A DNA stretch of 64,000 nucleotides from Eledone cirrhosa (taxonomy: Eukaryota). This document shows, piece after piece, positions 14,615 to 27,422 of this stretch. Position 1 is the first letter of the stretch; every line of letters begins with the position of its first letter. The position numbers and the translations under genes are program-made. The notes below the pieces were generated by a model that ran no database searches, was not told where the DNA came from, and was given only the letters and a program-made list of their open reading frames with translations. The stretch lies in contig OZ024743.1 of assembly GCA_964016885.1 (NCBI GenBank), positions 33,604,001 through 33,668,000 of the forward strand, written 5' to 3'.

Positions 14615-15740
14615 TCATATATATCATTATCTATAAAAGGCAGATTGTTGTTGTTGTGTGTGTGTGCATGTTCCATGTTTATACATTTGCACAATTTCAA
14701 ACCGATTCGACTCAAAGTCAGTAAGAATGTTGTAAATGGTCTTAGGTCAACGACTATTTATTTCATTCACACTCACCCACAATTACGGAAATAATCGATA
14801 AAACTAAATACATGACGCTTTACCCCTCTAATAGAATCTGAATACCTCTCTCTACTCCCCTTAAACTTTAAGAGAGAGAGAGAGAATGTTTGTTTTTGAG
14901 TGTAGAACGGTCAAATATTTATTTACTTCAATGACAAAGAGAACTTATTACATTTCATACGAAACAACAATTATTCAAAAGCAACAGATAAATTTATTCA
15001 ACAACAAAAAAAATAGCGATCTTTTTTAAAACATCTATCAACGAACGTGGAAGAAAGAAGTATCAGTTCATTTACTATACACAATAATATCCTCTATGAA
15101 GTCACTAAACCTGCTAGAAACAGCAGCTAACTCTCCCCCATATCACACCACTCTCTACTGTCTTAAATTTAGAAAACATATCCTCTATGAGGTCACTAAA
15201 CCTGCTAGAAATAGCAGCTAACTCTCCCCCATATTCAAAAGCAACAGATAAATTTATTCAACAATAAAAAAAATAGCGATAAATCTTTTTTAAAACATCT
15301 ATCAACGAACGTGGAAGAAAGAAGTATCAGTTCATTTACTATACACAATAATATCCTCTATGTGGTCACTAAACCTGCTAGAAACAGCAGTTAACTCTCC
15401 CCCATATCACACCCCTCCCTACTGTCTTAAATTTAGAAAACACACATTAGACAACCATGCAGAACAACTCCATCGCAGCTCTGTTGTTCGGCTGGCATCG
15501 TCTACGCGCGTGTTGCGCAAGTACTGTGAAACAATAAATTTCAACACTTCTTTGCACAGAGATAATATCCATAGGTGAAACTACAATTGTCACTGCTGGC
15601 GCAGCTCCTGCTTCGGCAGTCCAGGTCTGCAATTCATTCACCCAGTGCCTGGCAGACAAAAAAGTGCTGCCATAAAATGGGTGGTGCAACCTAACTTTGG
15701 TAACTTACTGACCCCAAGCAATGCCGGGCTTTAATGCTAG
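14615..15740 (+). mobile_element. Non-autonomous Helitron-like element
   Basis: Starts A|TC...TCTATAAAAGG followed by a (GT)n tract; ends with GC-rich CCCCAAGCAATGCCGGG then GCTAG|T; no TSD. Confidence 0.65.
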
Positions 15741-15819
15741 TGTATGATAATAATGATGATGATGATGATCTACTCATTGTCATTTGAATATCTCTCTCTC
15801 TCTCTTGACTATTATTATT

Positions 15820-16018
15820 TGGATTGGCAGTGTTGGTAGAGTATCGGATAACATTCTTTGCAGTATATAGTTACATCCCTTTATATTCTGAGTTCAAATC
15901 CAGCCAAGGTTAGCTTTGCCTTTCATCTTTATGGGGTCTATAAAACAAAGTACGAGTCCAATTCAATCGATTTTCTCCAACCCCAAATCTGCTTGTGCCT
16001 AAAATAGAAACCATTATT
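15820..16018 (+). mobile_element. tRNA-derived SINE family S1
   Basis: A-box-like TGGCAGTGTTGG, B-box GAGTTCAAATCC, S1 core. Confidence 0.8.
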
Positions 16019-16033
16019 ACTACTACTACTATT

Positions 16034-16417
16034 ACTACAGTCAACCATACAGAGTTCTCACTACACTATTTACTACAGTCAACCATACAGAGTTCTCACT
16101 ACACTATTTACTACAGTCAACCATACAGAGTTCTCACTACACTATTTACTACAGTCAACCATACAGAGTTCTCACTACACTATTACTACAGTCAACCATA
16201 CAGAGTTCTCACTACACTATTACTACAGTCAACCATACAGAGTTCTCACTACACTATTTACTACAGTCAACCATACAGAGTTCTCACTACACTATTTACT
16301 ACAGTCAACCATACAGAGTTCTCACTACACTATTTACTACAGTCAACCATACAGAGTTCTCACTACACTATTTACTACAGTCAACCATACAGAGTTCTCA
16401 CTACACTATTTACTACA
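16034..16417. repeat. 38-bp minisatellite, about 10 near-identical units
   Basis: ACTACAGTCAACCATACAGAGTTCTCACTACACTATTT repeated; explains ORF 15995-16573. Confidence 0.95.
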
Positions 16418-16540
16418 GCAGCAGTGATATTAATAATAGAATTCCCTTTTAAATCCAAGGTCACCAGCTTGACAATCCTCTGTCCACTTATCTATCCCAC
16501 AAAAATCAGCCATGTATATATATATATAGAGAGAGAGAGA

Positions 16541-16954
16541 GAGAATAAAAGAGAAAACACAGGTAAGCATTAAAAAAAGGATTTTATCCAGGTATTTACG
16601 ACTGTTTCATTGGTAAGCGCAACCTTATACCGCTATACTGTAAATAGCAGCCACTCGATAACTGTTAAAATTTGGAGGTGAATAACAGTTATTATTGAGT
16701 GGCTGCTATTTGCAGTATAGCGGTATAAGGTTGCGCTTACCAATGAAACGGTTGTAAATACCTGGATAAAATCCCTTTTTTAATGCTTACCTGTGTTTTC
16801 TCTATTATTCTTTATACTCCAAGATTGAACGTGATTTACTAACCACATTCTTACAAACTTGTGGAGTTACTCCTAACCGTACGTTGGAAACCGTCCAAGA
16901 AACTGGCTATCTTAACCATGAACTGGGTTACAATAAGCAATTTTCTGCTCTCCT

Positions 16955-16958
<4 letters not shown>
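16541..16958 (+). mobile_element. Asymmetric fold-back element P1 (probable Penelope-like terminal repeat)
   Basis: Arms of about 125 bp (16541-16667 / 16683-16811); the right arm continues about 145 bp into (TA)n; GAAACGGTTGTA at 16745. Confidence 0.6.
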
Positions 16959-17013
<55 letters not shown>

Positions 17014-18341
17014 GAGAGCAAAAAATATATATATATATATATATATTTTTTATTGCCGGCCATTGTTAGCAGGACGCCTTTGCAGTCTTGTCCACAGTAG
17101 GTGCACAGCCTAATCACCCTCCCCTTTCTTATGTAACACTAGAGACCTTGCCATTCCCTTCCTTTTGTTTTTTTTAAATATTTTCTTATTTTACATTCTA
17201 TTCTTTCTTCTCAATCTAAATTTTTTTCCTTTTTCTATTAAATAAAATTCCCTTACATACATTAGGTAATTTTTTAAAACACAAATTACAAGAATTTATT
17301 CAAAAGCAAAAAACAAACCTTATTTAGTAATAAAAAATAAAAAGGGGAAGCAGAAGGAAAGAAAGAATAAGGAAATATAGAAGAAAAATAAGAAAAAAAT
17401 GAGAGGAGAAAATTCCAACAGATGAACTCCCTTACCATCCTCCAGGGGAAACACCTTCTCCATTCTGTCCGCTGGGGCTGTGGGGAGGCCATCAATATGA
17501 TTAATTAACCCTTTCATTACCATAGAGCCTTAAATCAAATATATATATATACACACATACATACAAATAAATGAATAACTAATTAAGTGTTGATGTTCTC
17601 GCTCTTTCACTCACTGCCTCAGTCTCTCCAACTATTATAAGCAAATGGGGGCCCATGTGTTGGCTGCCCAGCAGCCCCAGCGGACAGAATAGAGAGAGAG
17701 ACGCACACACACACACACACGCATTGTGTTTTTGTGTATGTGTCTGTGTGATGTGGTTTTAAATATAAAAATATAAAAGTGCTCAATACATAGAGAGATG
17801 TAAAATCTGGGATATGTGTATTTATGTAGTTATCAAATCCAAGCCTGGTGAAACTAGGTTAAAGATATTGAATGTCATGTTCAGATATGGAGAATATTGA
17901 TGTTTTCTTTCTTTCTCTTGCATTTTCTCTTTCAATGTTGTTTTCTTTTAGAGAGAGTATGTGTGTTGTGTAGTGTGTGTGTTTATATATATATATATGA
18001 GAGAGGGAGAGAGAGAGTACGTGTGTGTAGTGTGTGTGTATTACAGATAATATTGATATGAGAGCTGCATACTTACTCCAATAGGTGTGTCACTTCACCT
18101 GTCATTGGAGCCCTATGGCTGGGTGGGGATTTGAGTTCTACAGCATGTGTTGCCAAATTTGCTTGGCTGTTAAATTAACACCACCATTGAATGATACTTT
18201 ACTTTATCAACCCCTGTGGAATGAAAGCACAGTTAGCTTCAGCAGGATTGGAACTCATGATGTTATGAATTAGAACTAACAAATAACTTGGTGGAATGCC
18301 ATAGTGGCTTGTAAATCCACCTCATAATGGATAATATTGTA

Positions 18342-18752
18342 TGGATTGGCAGTACCGGTAGAGCGTTAGACACCATACTTTGTAGCATAGTTATGACACC
18401 TTTACATTCTGAGTTCAAATCCCGCCGAGGTTAACTTTGCCTTTCATCCTTACGGAGTCAATAAAATAAAGTACCAGTAATGCACTGGGTAATTGCTGGC
18501 CTTGTGCCAAAAGTAGAAACAATTATTGTACTGTTGATTGTCAGTATCAGTAGAGCATCAGAAAACATGCTTTGTGGCATAGTGTTACGACCCTTTACGT
18601 TCTGAGTTCAAATCCACCTAGGTTAGTTTTGCTTTTCATCCTTATGGAGTCAATAAAATAAAGCACCAGTAATGCACTGGGGTCGATTTAATAGACTTTT
18701 TTCTCCTCCCCAAAAATTGCTGGTCTTGTGCCTAAATCAGAAACAATTATTG
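18342..18752 (+). mobile_element. Two head-to-tail S1 SINEs
   Basis: Each has a B-box GAGTTCAAATCC and ends GAAACAATTATTGTACTG. Confidence 0.85.
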
Positions 18753-18780
18753 TACTGAAGAAAATGGAGGTGGTTTAGGA

Positions 18781-18999
18781 CAGGCATATCAAACATGCGG
18801 CCTGCAGGTCACATGCAGCCTTTTACAAGCACACTGGTGGCCTGTGCAAAGGTTTTTACAGCGCGAGCATGTTTTATCTTCGTAATATAAAATTTCAAAA
18901 AATTAGTTGTAATGTGTGCAAATAGTTATCGTGTGTGGCCCTCAGACAGCACATATGTGACCCATCTGGCTCTTGGGGATCCTCAGTTTGACATGCCTG
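18781..18999. mobile_element. hAT-like MITE
   Basis: TIRs CAGGCATATCAAAC / GTTTGACATGCCTG, internal GGCCTGC/GGCCC subrepeats, decayed 8-bp flanks GTTTAGGA/GGCTAGGG. Confidence 0.7.
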
Positions 19000-19379
19000 G
19001 GCTAGGGAATAGGGTGTTTTATTTTTTTTTTTTTCATCAGTATTTCTACTGACAGCAGTGTTCAAAACATCATGAATATATTTCTACCATCTATTTCTGT
19101 TCACTGTTGGCTCATCACCAAAGTGGGCTGAGTTATGATATTAGATGGCACTGCTTGCCTACCTTTCAATGATGTACTCTCACATTTAGAAACTCTGCCT
19201 TTGAATTATTTCAAATGAGTGCCCTCCCAAAATCTCCTCAACCTCTACTCCCCTCTCTATCATCTAAACTTGGCAACAGGACTGGTTCTGTACATACATG
19301 ACCTATTTAGAACCCTGTGTTTCCATCAACCACTAGAGCATCCTCCATTTCTCTTTCTATCATACTCAGTAGACAGATT

Positions 19380-19608
19380 GTAAATCTTTAGCATTTACAT
19401 TACTCTATATTTACTATTATATTTTCATGGTAAAGGCTTTACCTCACATAATTGTCTCACATAATATTGAATCTACGAGATTTTGATATTATTTATTTTG
19501 AGAACAATACCTTAACGTTGATATGAGCGGCCAGTTACAGCCAGTTTGAACAGAAAGAAGTGAGAGATTTCTGGCTAGATACAGCTGGTTTAAATGCTAA
19601 AGTGTTAA
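19380..19608 (-). mobile_element. piggyBac-like MITE family A
   Basis: Reverse-oriented copy with partly decayed TIRs. Confidence 0.75.
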
Positions 19609-19789
19609 AGAAACCACAAGTTAGGTGTTTGATATGGTCAAGCAATTTGAGAGAGTTACTTTCAATTATACTAAAAATAGGTTGTTATTTCTTGTACATG
19701 TAATATTTCAACTCAGTTTGGTGTTAACCAATAATGAATCTCATGACATGGTATAAGGTTAATAATGATGTGAGCTAAATGTAAATAAT

Positions 19790-19995
19790 GGTTTCTCATT
19801 TATGCCAACGATTTTGGAGGAAGGGAAAATCAATTACATCGACCCCATTGCATTACTGGTACTTTATTTTATCAACTCCTGTAAGGGTGAAAGGCAAAGC
19901 CAACCTCGGCAGGATTTGAATTAAGAATGTTAAGGGCTGTAACTATATGCCACAAATCATGTTGTCCAACACTACTGATATTGCCAATCCATTGC
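19790..19995 (-). mobile_element. tRNA-derived SINE family S1
   Basis: Core and B-box on the minus strand. Confidence 0.75.
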
Positions 19996-20287
19996 TATAT
20001 GTATGTTGAAATGCAGTGGTGGGATCTAAAATTGTGGTGTCACTGAGTGCTAAATGTTTGCCAAACAAATGTATGACTTTATTATTTCAATATGATAATT
20101 TGTTAACCACAAATAGCTCACAATATATCATATTTTTTTTTATTGCTTTACAATGTCAGATAAAATCTAATTCCAAGTTGATAAAATTTAAAATGGTTGG
20201 AAAAAATTGTAATTGAAATATATTTTAATGAGTTGAAAATTTCAATCTAAATACTTATGAGCTATATTCTTTTGTAATTATTTATAT

Positions 20288-20334
20288 ACATACATACATA
20301 CATACATACATACATACATACATACATACATACA

Positions 20335-20363
<29 letters not shown>
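20288..20363. repeat. (TACA)n microsatellite
   Basis: Direct reading. Confidence 0.95.
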
Positions 20364-20367
<4 letters not shown>

Positions 20368-20658
20368 TATGAACACACACTCATATGCACATATTTATAT
20401 ACACATACATATATACTCATATATACAAAAATAACCTGGACCAATTTGGTTTCATCTTTATAGAATCTTCAACAGGAAATTAGTAATTACAGGTAGCCTG
20501 TAAAACTATTCAATATATAAACTTTTTCAATTCATAAAATTCAAAACTGCCTATTTTCCTGGCTAGTATGAGTGGCATGGTTTTTCACGGTCTGGACTAG
20601 ACAGGTCAGGGAGACACATTTCATATTTTGGCTTGGTTTTCCCACCAGGATGCCTTTC

Positions 20659-20883
20659 TTAACCTTTTAGCATTTACATTACTCTATATTTCCTATTATA
20701 TTTTCATGGTCAAGGCTTTAACTCCCATCATTATCTCACATAATATCGAATGTATGAGATTTTGATATTTATTTTGAGAACAATACTTTAACATCAGTAT
20801 GAGCAGCTGGTTACAGCTGGTTTGAACAGAAAGAGGTGAAAGAATTCTGGCTCGATACACTGGTTTAAATGCTGAAGGGTTAA
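20659..20883 (-). mobile_element. piggyBac-like MITE family A inserted into an RTE-tail repeat
   Basis: Removing it with one TTAA restores GGATGCCTTTCTTAATGTCAACCATTTTACAG, matching the RTE-tail repeat seen elsewhere in the window. Confidence 0.85.
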
Positions 20884-21430
20884 TGTCAACCATTTTACAG
20901 AATGTACAGGGTATATATTATTATGGCACCAACACTAGAAACATTGTTTAGTTCATCTCAAGGCTCCTCTCCACTCCACACAGTCTCAGTCCTCTCATTA
21001 CAATTTACTTGGTTAGTTTTACATTTAGATTTATTTACATAAATATACTAAGTGTTGAATTAAGGGGAAAACTATGGCTTAGAGTCTTGATGTAGCGATG
21101 TAAATAAAGTAAATTGTATCAAAACATGAGAACAACATATGAATATTTTCAAAATTTGTATATATATATATATTAGTGAATACTATTAAACAAATGATGA
21201 AGTACAAATATATACATATATGATATGGTTCAATATGACAATGCATTAGATATATGTCCCTGTTGAAGATTTTACAAAGACGCAATCAAATTAGTTTTAT
21301 AAATGTTTTATAAAAAAAAGAAATTCATACTCTAATGTATCAAGAACTCAAACTTTGCTAGATATATATTTAATAGAAACATTGTCTACATTTAAATGTG
21401 TTATATAAAATATATTTATGCTCTGTTTTG

Positions 21431-21686
21431 TTAACCCCTTCTTTACTGTATTTCTAACAAACAATACTGCCTGTGATTTTCTGATCATTTTGAAAATAAT
21501 CAAGAATTTGGTTGAATTTACTAATATTTTCACATTATTTATATGTTGTTTCAACATAACTTAATAAATGTTCCTATATAAAATTATGATGGGAGGTTTT
21601 TAGATAAATACAAACATTTTGAAATAAACTGTTTTGTATCATAGAACCGAAGGTGGTTTCAGATGGTTTGATATCAAAAGGATTAA
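21431..21686 (+). mobile_element. piggyBac-like MITE family B
   Basis: TTAACCCCTTC...CAAAAGGATTAA. Confidence 0.7.
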
Positions 21687-22962
21687 ATAATATTCTCTCA
21701 GATATATACAGATTTGGAAAATATTCACATGCTATTACCATGTTTTAATGCAGTTCATTTATATTACTATTCTAAGACTCAAAGAAATTATCTTTCTCTT
21801 ATTAACTATTTTCTGTGAACAGAACCAAATATAAAATATAAGTTCAACACCTATGTTTATGAAATTGAATCTCCATTGTTTTGGAAAATGTTTGAATTTT
21901 AAAAATCAAAGAATTTTATATATTGAATCATTTTACACTCTGCCTGCAATTACCAGTTTATTTTTTGCTGAAATATCTATGAAGATGAAAGCAAATTGGT
22001 TCAGGATATTTTAATATATATTTTGACATGAAGAAATTATTTAGTATCTAATTTAGTGACATATAATATAAATTTAATATTTGTGTTGTCAATATCTAAA
22101 ATGTATTATACACATATATACAATAAAATATACCCAGGATGCTCTGTAAAGTGGTAGTGCTGGTACCATGTTAAAATCCAACCAGTACAGCCTCTAAATG
22201 GTAGTGTTGGTGCTATAGAAATACAAACGGTACACTATAAAGTAGATGGCACTAGGAAGGACATTCAGTTGTAGATACTATGCCAAAAATGGAATGTATG
22301 AGCAAGGTGTAGACTATAGCAACCCATCCAACCCATGCCAACATTGAAAATGCATGTAAAAACGATAATGTTGACGATACTTAATAGAGTTATAAAGTTT
22401 ACTTGTTAATTGATAATTTTTATCTGAAAGTTATTAATTAAAGGAAAAAAAGCAACTGAAAGTTATTAATTAAAGGAAAAAAAGCAACTGAAATTTTAAA
22501 ATGTTTATAGATATTCTAGTTTACAGAAATAAATACAAAATATTTAAGCAGTTGGTTTTTGCCAAGAGCAACACTCTTCTTCTAAAGCTGTGTTTTCACA
22601 TACTAAATTAGAGAAATAAACTCTGAATCAGAGCAGAATAGTTCTCAAGATAATAGCAGGTATGACTATTAATTAATTCTGACATTGCACTACCTACTGG
22701 TGGAAAGACAGTTATTAGAACATGAAACATGTTCAGTATAAACACTTCTGGGCAATGGAAACCTGACTCATATTTACACTCTTTTCACTGAATTACCGTT
22801 TGTTTACCTCTATTTCATTGTTCCAGTCCAGTCCGTATGCTACATAGATTTAACAAAATAACACTGAAGAACATTTAGAAATATCTATCTATTATAAATT
22901 TGTATCTATACAGAAGCAGTACAGGATTTAACTGAATCAGTAAGGAATGTGTATGTAAATAG

Positions 22963-22993
<31 letters not shown>

Positions 22994-23089
22994 ATTATAT
23001 ATATATATCAATGCGAAGAAATACCTATGATGGCCAGAAGATCACTGATGACGGATAGTCATCTGGCTTCTTACACTATTTTTTAATTC

Positions 23090-23124
<35 letters not shown>

Positions 23125-23608
23125 GGTATCCACTGTAAGTTGTGGGGTCCATTCTGTATGAAGAACTCAATGTAATCCATATGTTGAAAATGTTGTAGGT
23201 TAAGATAAATCTCAGAAAACAATAAAACATTAAAAGGAAAACAGAGTCATGATATAAGTTGAAACAATGAAATAAAAAATCAAGTCATTAGAGATATACT
23301 TCACTGCTTTACGATCGTTTCTAGATGGTGATAATACATTGTATCTATACTCAGTTATTGATCTATGTAAGTTTACAAACTATCAGATAGAGAGAATATT
23401 TACTTACATGTATATCATCAGCTGTTTTCATAAGCAGTTGGTGATATACATGTAAGTAAATATTCTCTCTATCTGATAGTTTGTAAACTTACATAGATCA
23501 ATAACTGAGTATAGATACAATGTATTATCACCATCTAGAAACGATCGTAAAGCAGTGAAGTATATCTCTAATGACTTGATTTTTTTATTTCATTGTTTCA
23601 ACTTATAT
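23125..23608 (-). mobile_element. Asymmetric fold-back element P2 (probable Penelope-like terminal repeat)
   Basis: Near-perfect arms of about 175 bp (23252-23427 / 23432-23608), leftward extension to a (TA/CA)n tract, GAAACGATCGTA in the arms. Confidence 0.65.
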
Positions 23609-23893
23609 ATATATATATATATATATATATAGGAAAATGTATGACTGACGGCAGAGCTCAAAACTAAACTTGAGAATATTGTTGAACCCTTGTACATCAT
23701 TATACAATAGGGGCGAGTCCATCATATATGTATGTATATATATATATATGTGTATGTATATATATATATATAAAAATCACCATCATCAAGGTGACCCTCC
23801 AATGAAAGAAGTGGAGAGTGACTTGTTATAGTTGTATTGTTTGTATTTAAAGCTAACTACTAAAAGTTGTAATAGTTCATATATGAAAATGGT

Positions 23894-24168
23894 TTAACCC
23901 TTTTGATACTAAACCGCCTGAAATTTATGGTACAAAGCCTGGATTTATGGTACAAAGCTACTCATTTTAAATTTCTTATACATACATTATATCCTTCCAT
24001 CATGATTTTTAAAAAGAATATTTTGATAAGTGATGTTATAAATATCAGGTTACTAATGAAAAAGTTCATTATTTTATTAAATTCCAGCAAATTTTTTATT
24101 ATTTTCAAAATGAATTGAAACACCATAGGCAGTGTGTTTCATTAGAAATATGGTACTGAAAGGGCTAA
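23894..24168 (-). mobile_element. piggyBac-like MITE family B
   Basis: TTAACCCTTTTGATAC...GAAAGGGCTAA. Confidence 0.7.
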
Positions 24169-24471
24169 AATATATTTATATGTTATTTCTATTTATTTAC
24201 CATATAAACTTTTGTATAAGTTAATCACAAGTCAACTCCAAATTTTTTTGCTTCCAAATTTGGCTTTATCTGTGTATCGCATTAAGATCAACCCTTGTAC
24301 TTCATGGACAACAAATCAATATTTGCAAATCAATGTTAATATTTCTATGCTATTATGTTCATAGGTTTGCAAGAGGAAGTATTTATTCGAGCTATGTAGC
24401 TTTATTTATATGTTTTGTAAATATTGTGTTTGGATGCATAGAAACATTGCTATTATTACTATAATTCATAG

Positions 24472-24686
24472 GGCGGTGGATTGGCAGTATCGGTAGACCG
24501 TCGGACACCCTACTTTGCAGCAGAGAGTTACAGCCCTTTACGTTCAAATCCCACAGAGGTTAGCTTTTCCTTTTATCCTTATGGGGTCGATAAAATAAAG
24601 TACTAGTAATGCACTGGGGCCGATTTATTTGACTTTCCTCTCTCCCCAAAATTGCTGGCCTTGTGCCTATATCAGAAACCATTATT
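24472..24686 (+). mobile_element. tRNA-derived SINE family S1
   Basis: GGCGGTGGATTGGCAGTATCGG head, GTTCAAATCC, S1 core and tail. Confidence 0.85.
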
Positions 24687-26067
24687 ACTTTGATTCATTG
24701 TTTATTTTCTCTTCATTTAACTTCATTCTTCACTTGAGCTTCTGCTTATTTTGGACTGTAATGTAAATTTCAGCTGTTTTAAATAGTATCTTTGCAATAA
24801 TTGAACTCATGAATTTAAGCTTTAAAAATTAAAGACTCCAACATTTGACTTTACATGTGAATATATGGTAATTTATTTTCCTTTTGTTTATTTTCTTGCA
24901 CAATTTTGTACTAAATATAGTGTCCTCCACATATTTGCCTGGTCTTTGATAGTTTAGTACTTAACTGAGACAATTAGCAAAGCAAATCTAAAAGAATTCT
25001 ATGCTTGAGTTAATCTGAAAGCAGTGAGGAATCAAGAATAGAGAGCTGTGTTGATATACTGCTGCCACTTCAATTTAGTCAGCTGAGTCAATTCAAATCT
25101 CTCAGATTATTAGAGAGTGGAATTTGAAAATATTGTATTGTTTTTGCTGGACTAGAATGGTAGAAATAGATTGGCTTTCTGGTGGAATGTGATTTCATTA
25201 TATCAGCATGGCTTAACTAGATTGATTGTATCTTAAACATTTCAGCAGAAAAGGCTGGTTCATTTCTCGCTAGCGTGTGGCTTAGAATTCATTTTATTTA
25301 CTTCTTTGCTACACGTAGTTTGTCATATTAGCAATTTTCACTTTGGTAGGAAAGACAATCTCCAATCTGATAGTATGATAAATAGAACTACTAACATGTT
25401 GTGTGAGACTGTTACATGTATGAGAGAATCATCAGATAATCTAGACCAGGTATGCTACAACATACAGTATCTTTGTATATTTTAACAATATCTTATCATC
25501 CACAAACTAATTCAGTTTTTTTTTTCTCAGTTTTTTTTTCTCTTTATCAAATGTCACTTTGATGCAATTTATAGTGATAACAATGAAATATTAACATATA
25601 TGTGAATGTAAATATGATCACACGCACACACACATGCATGCGCGCACACACATAGACATTATTAGAATTGGAATGTTCATGAATTATGACTCAGGATCAA
25701 GTAATACATTTGAACACCCAGACAGATGAAACTTGGAATTCAAGAAATCTCAGTTTCTCATAAAATATGCACACTTTGTTCTATCTTTTGAGTATATTTT
25801 CCCCCTCATTTGTAAACACAAAAATTTACCACTTCATGCACATGCAAACATATATGCAGTACATATATGTACTGCATTATGTAAGTATAGATAAAGAAAC
25901 GTTATTAAGAAAGTATATATATCAATATTAAAGTGGATGAAAATCAATTGAATTCATTGTTTCCACATAGCAAAGAGTTGGCTTTTCTGATGTTGATACA
26001 CTTTAAAACTTTTGTTCTGTGGTACACCTTTACCACTCAATTCCATAGCTTAATAAATATAAACATC

Positions 26068-26703
26068 TCTATATTACATACCACCAGATAATACCATACA
26101 TCTGCTATATTGTATACCACCAGATAATACCATACATCTGCTATATTGTATACCACCAGATAATACAATACATCTGCTATATTACATACCACCAGATAAT
26201 ACAATACATCTACTATATTGTATACCACCAGATAATAACATACATCTGCTATATTGTATACCACCAGATAATACCATACATCTGCTATATTGTATACCAC
26301 CAGATAATACCATACATCTGCTATATTGTATACCACCAGATAATACCATACATCTGCTATATTGTATACCACCAGATAATACCATACATCTGCTATATTG
26401 TATACCACCAGATAATACCATACATCTGCTATATTGTATACCACCAGATAATACCATACATCTGCTATATTGTATACCACCAGATAATACCATACATCTG
26501 CTATATTACATACCACCAGATAACACCATACATCTGCTATATTGTATACCACCAGATAATACCATACATCTGCTATATTACATACCACCAGATAACACCA
26601 TACATCTGCTATATTGTATACCACCAGATAACACTATACATCTGCTATATTACATACCACCAGATAACACCATACTTAACACCATACATCTGCTATATTA
26701 TAT
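26068..26703. repeat. 36-bp minisatellite, about 17 units
   Basis: CCACCAGATAATACCATACATCTGCTATATTGTATA repeated; explains the 12-aa repeat ORFs. Confidence 0.97.
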
Positions 26704-26749
26704 ACACTCTAACACATGAACACTAACATAACCATTTCAATTGTACATC

Positions 26750-26970
26750 TTTAACATTTAAACCGGCTGTATCCGGCTGGAACTCTCTCATCTCTTTCTG
26801 TCCAGACCGGCTGTAATTGGCCACTCATACCTACATTAAGGTATTGTTCTCAAAATAAATAACATCAACATCTTGTAGATTCAATATTATGTGAGATAAT
26901 TATGTAAGCTAAAGCTTTTACTGTGAAAATACAATAGTAGATATCGAGTAATTTAAATGCTAAAGGGTTA
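26750..26970 (+). mobile_element. piggyBac-like MITE family A
   Basis: Family A internal sequence; right TIR AATGCTAAAGGGTTA. Confidence 0.75.
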
Positions 26971-27197
26971 TTTCCCTATGTTATACATTTTCATAAAAAG
27001 AGTTTAATATGCTATATTTTAATGGTATCTTCAAACTGACCCAAGAGACTGACAACTAGATCACAAATTTGATTGTTTTTTTCAATCTGGGGAGATGGTC
27101 AAAACTGAGCCTCGAAATCTAATGTAGTGCTTTTGTTTCATATATGAACATAAACATGACATACACACACAAAACAATGCACACACACAAAATAACA

Positions 27198-27422
<225 letters not shown>

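Noticed and set aside
16034-16417. CRISPR-like regular repeats (also 26068-26703 and 57352-57775)
   Set aside because: Units are contiguous with no unique spacers, no cas genes, eukaryotic context: minisatellites.
23010-23075. GAAA...TA-TGAT..ATCA-CTGATGA resembling a permuted hammerhead
   Set aside because: Stem II cannot form and stem III is a single pair.
26037-26624. 195-aa protein with 12-aa repeats
   Set aside because: Consequence of a 36-bp unit lacking stops in that frame.
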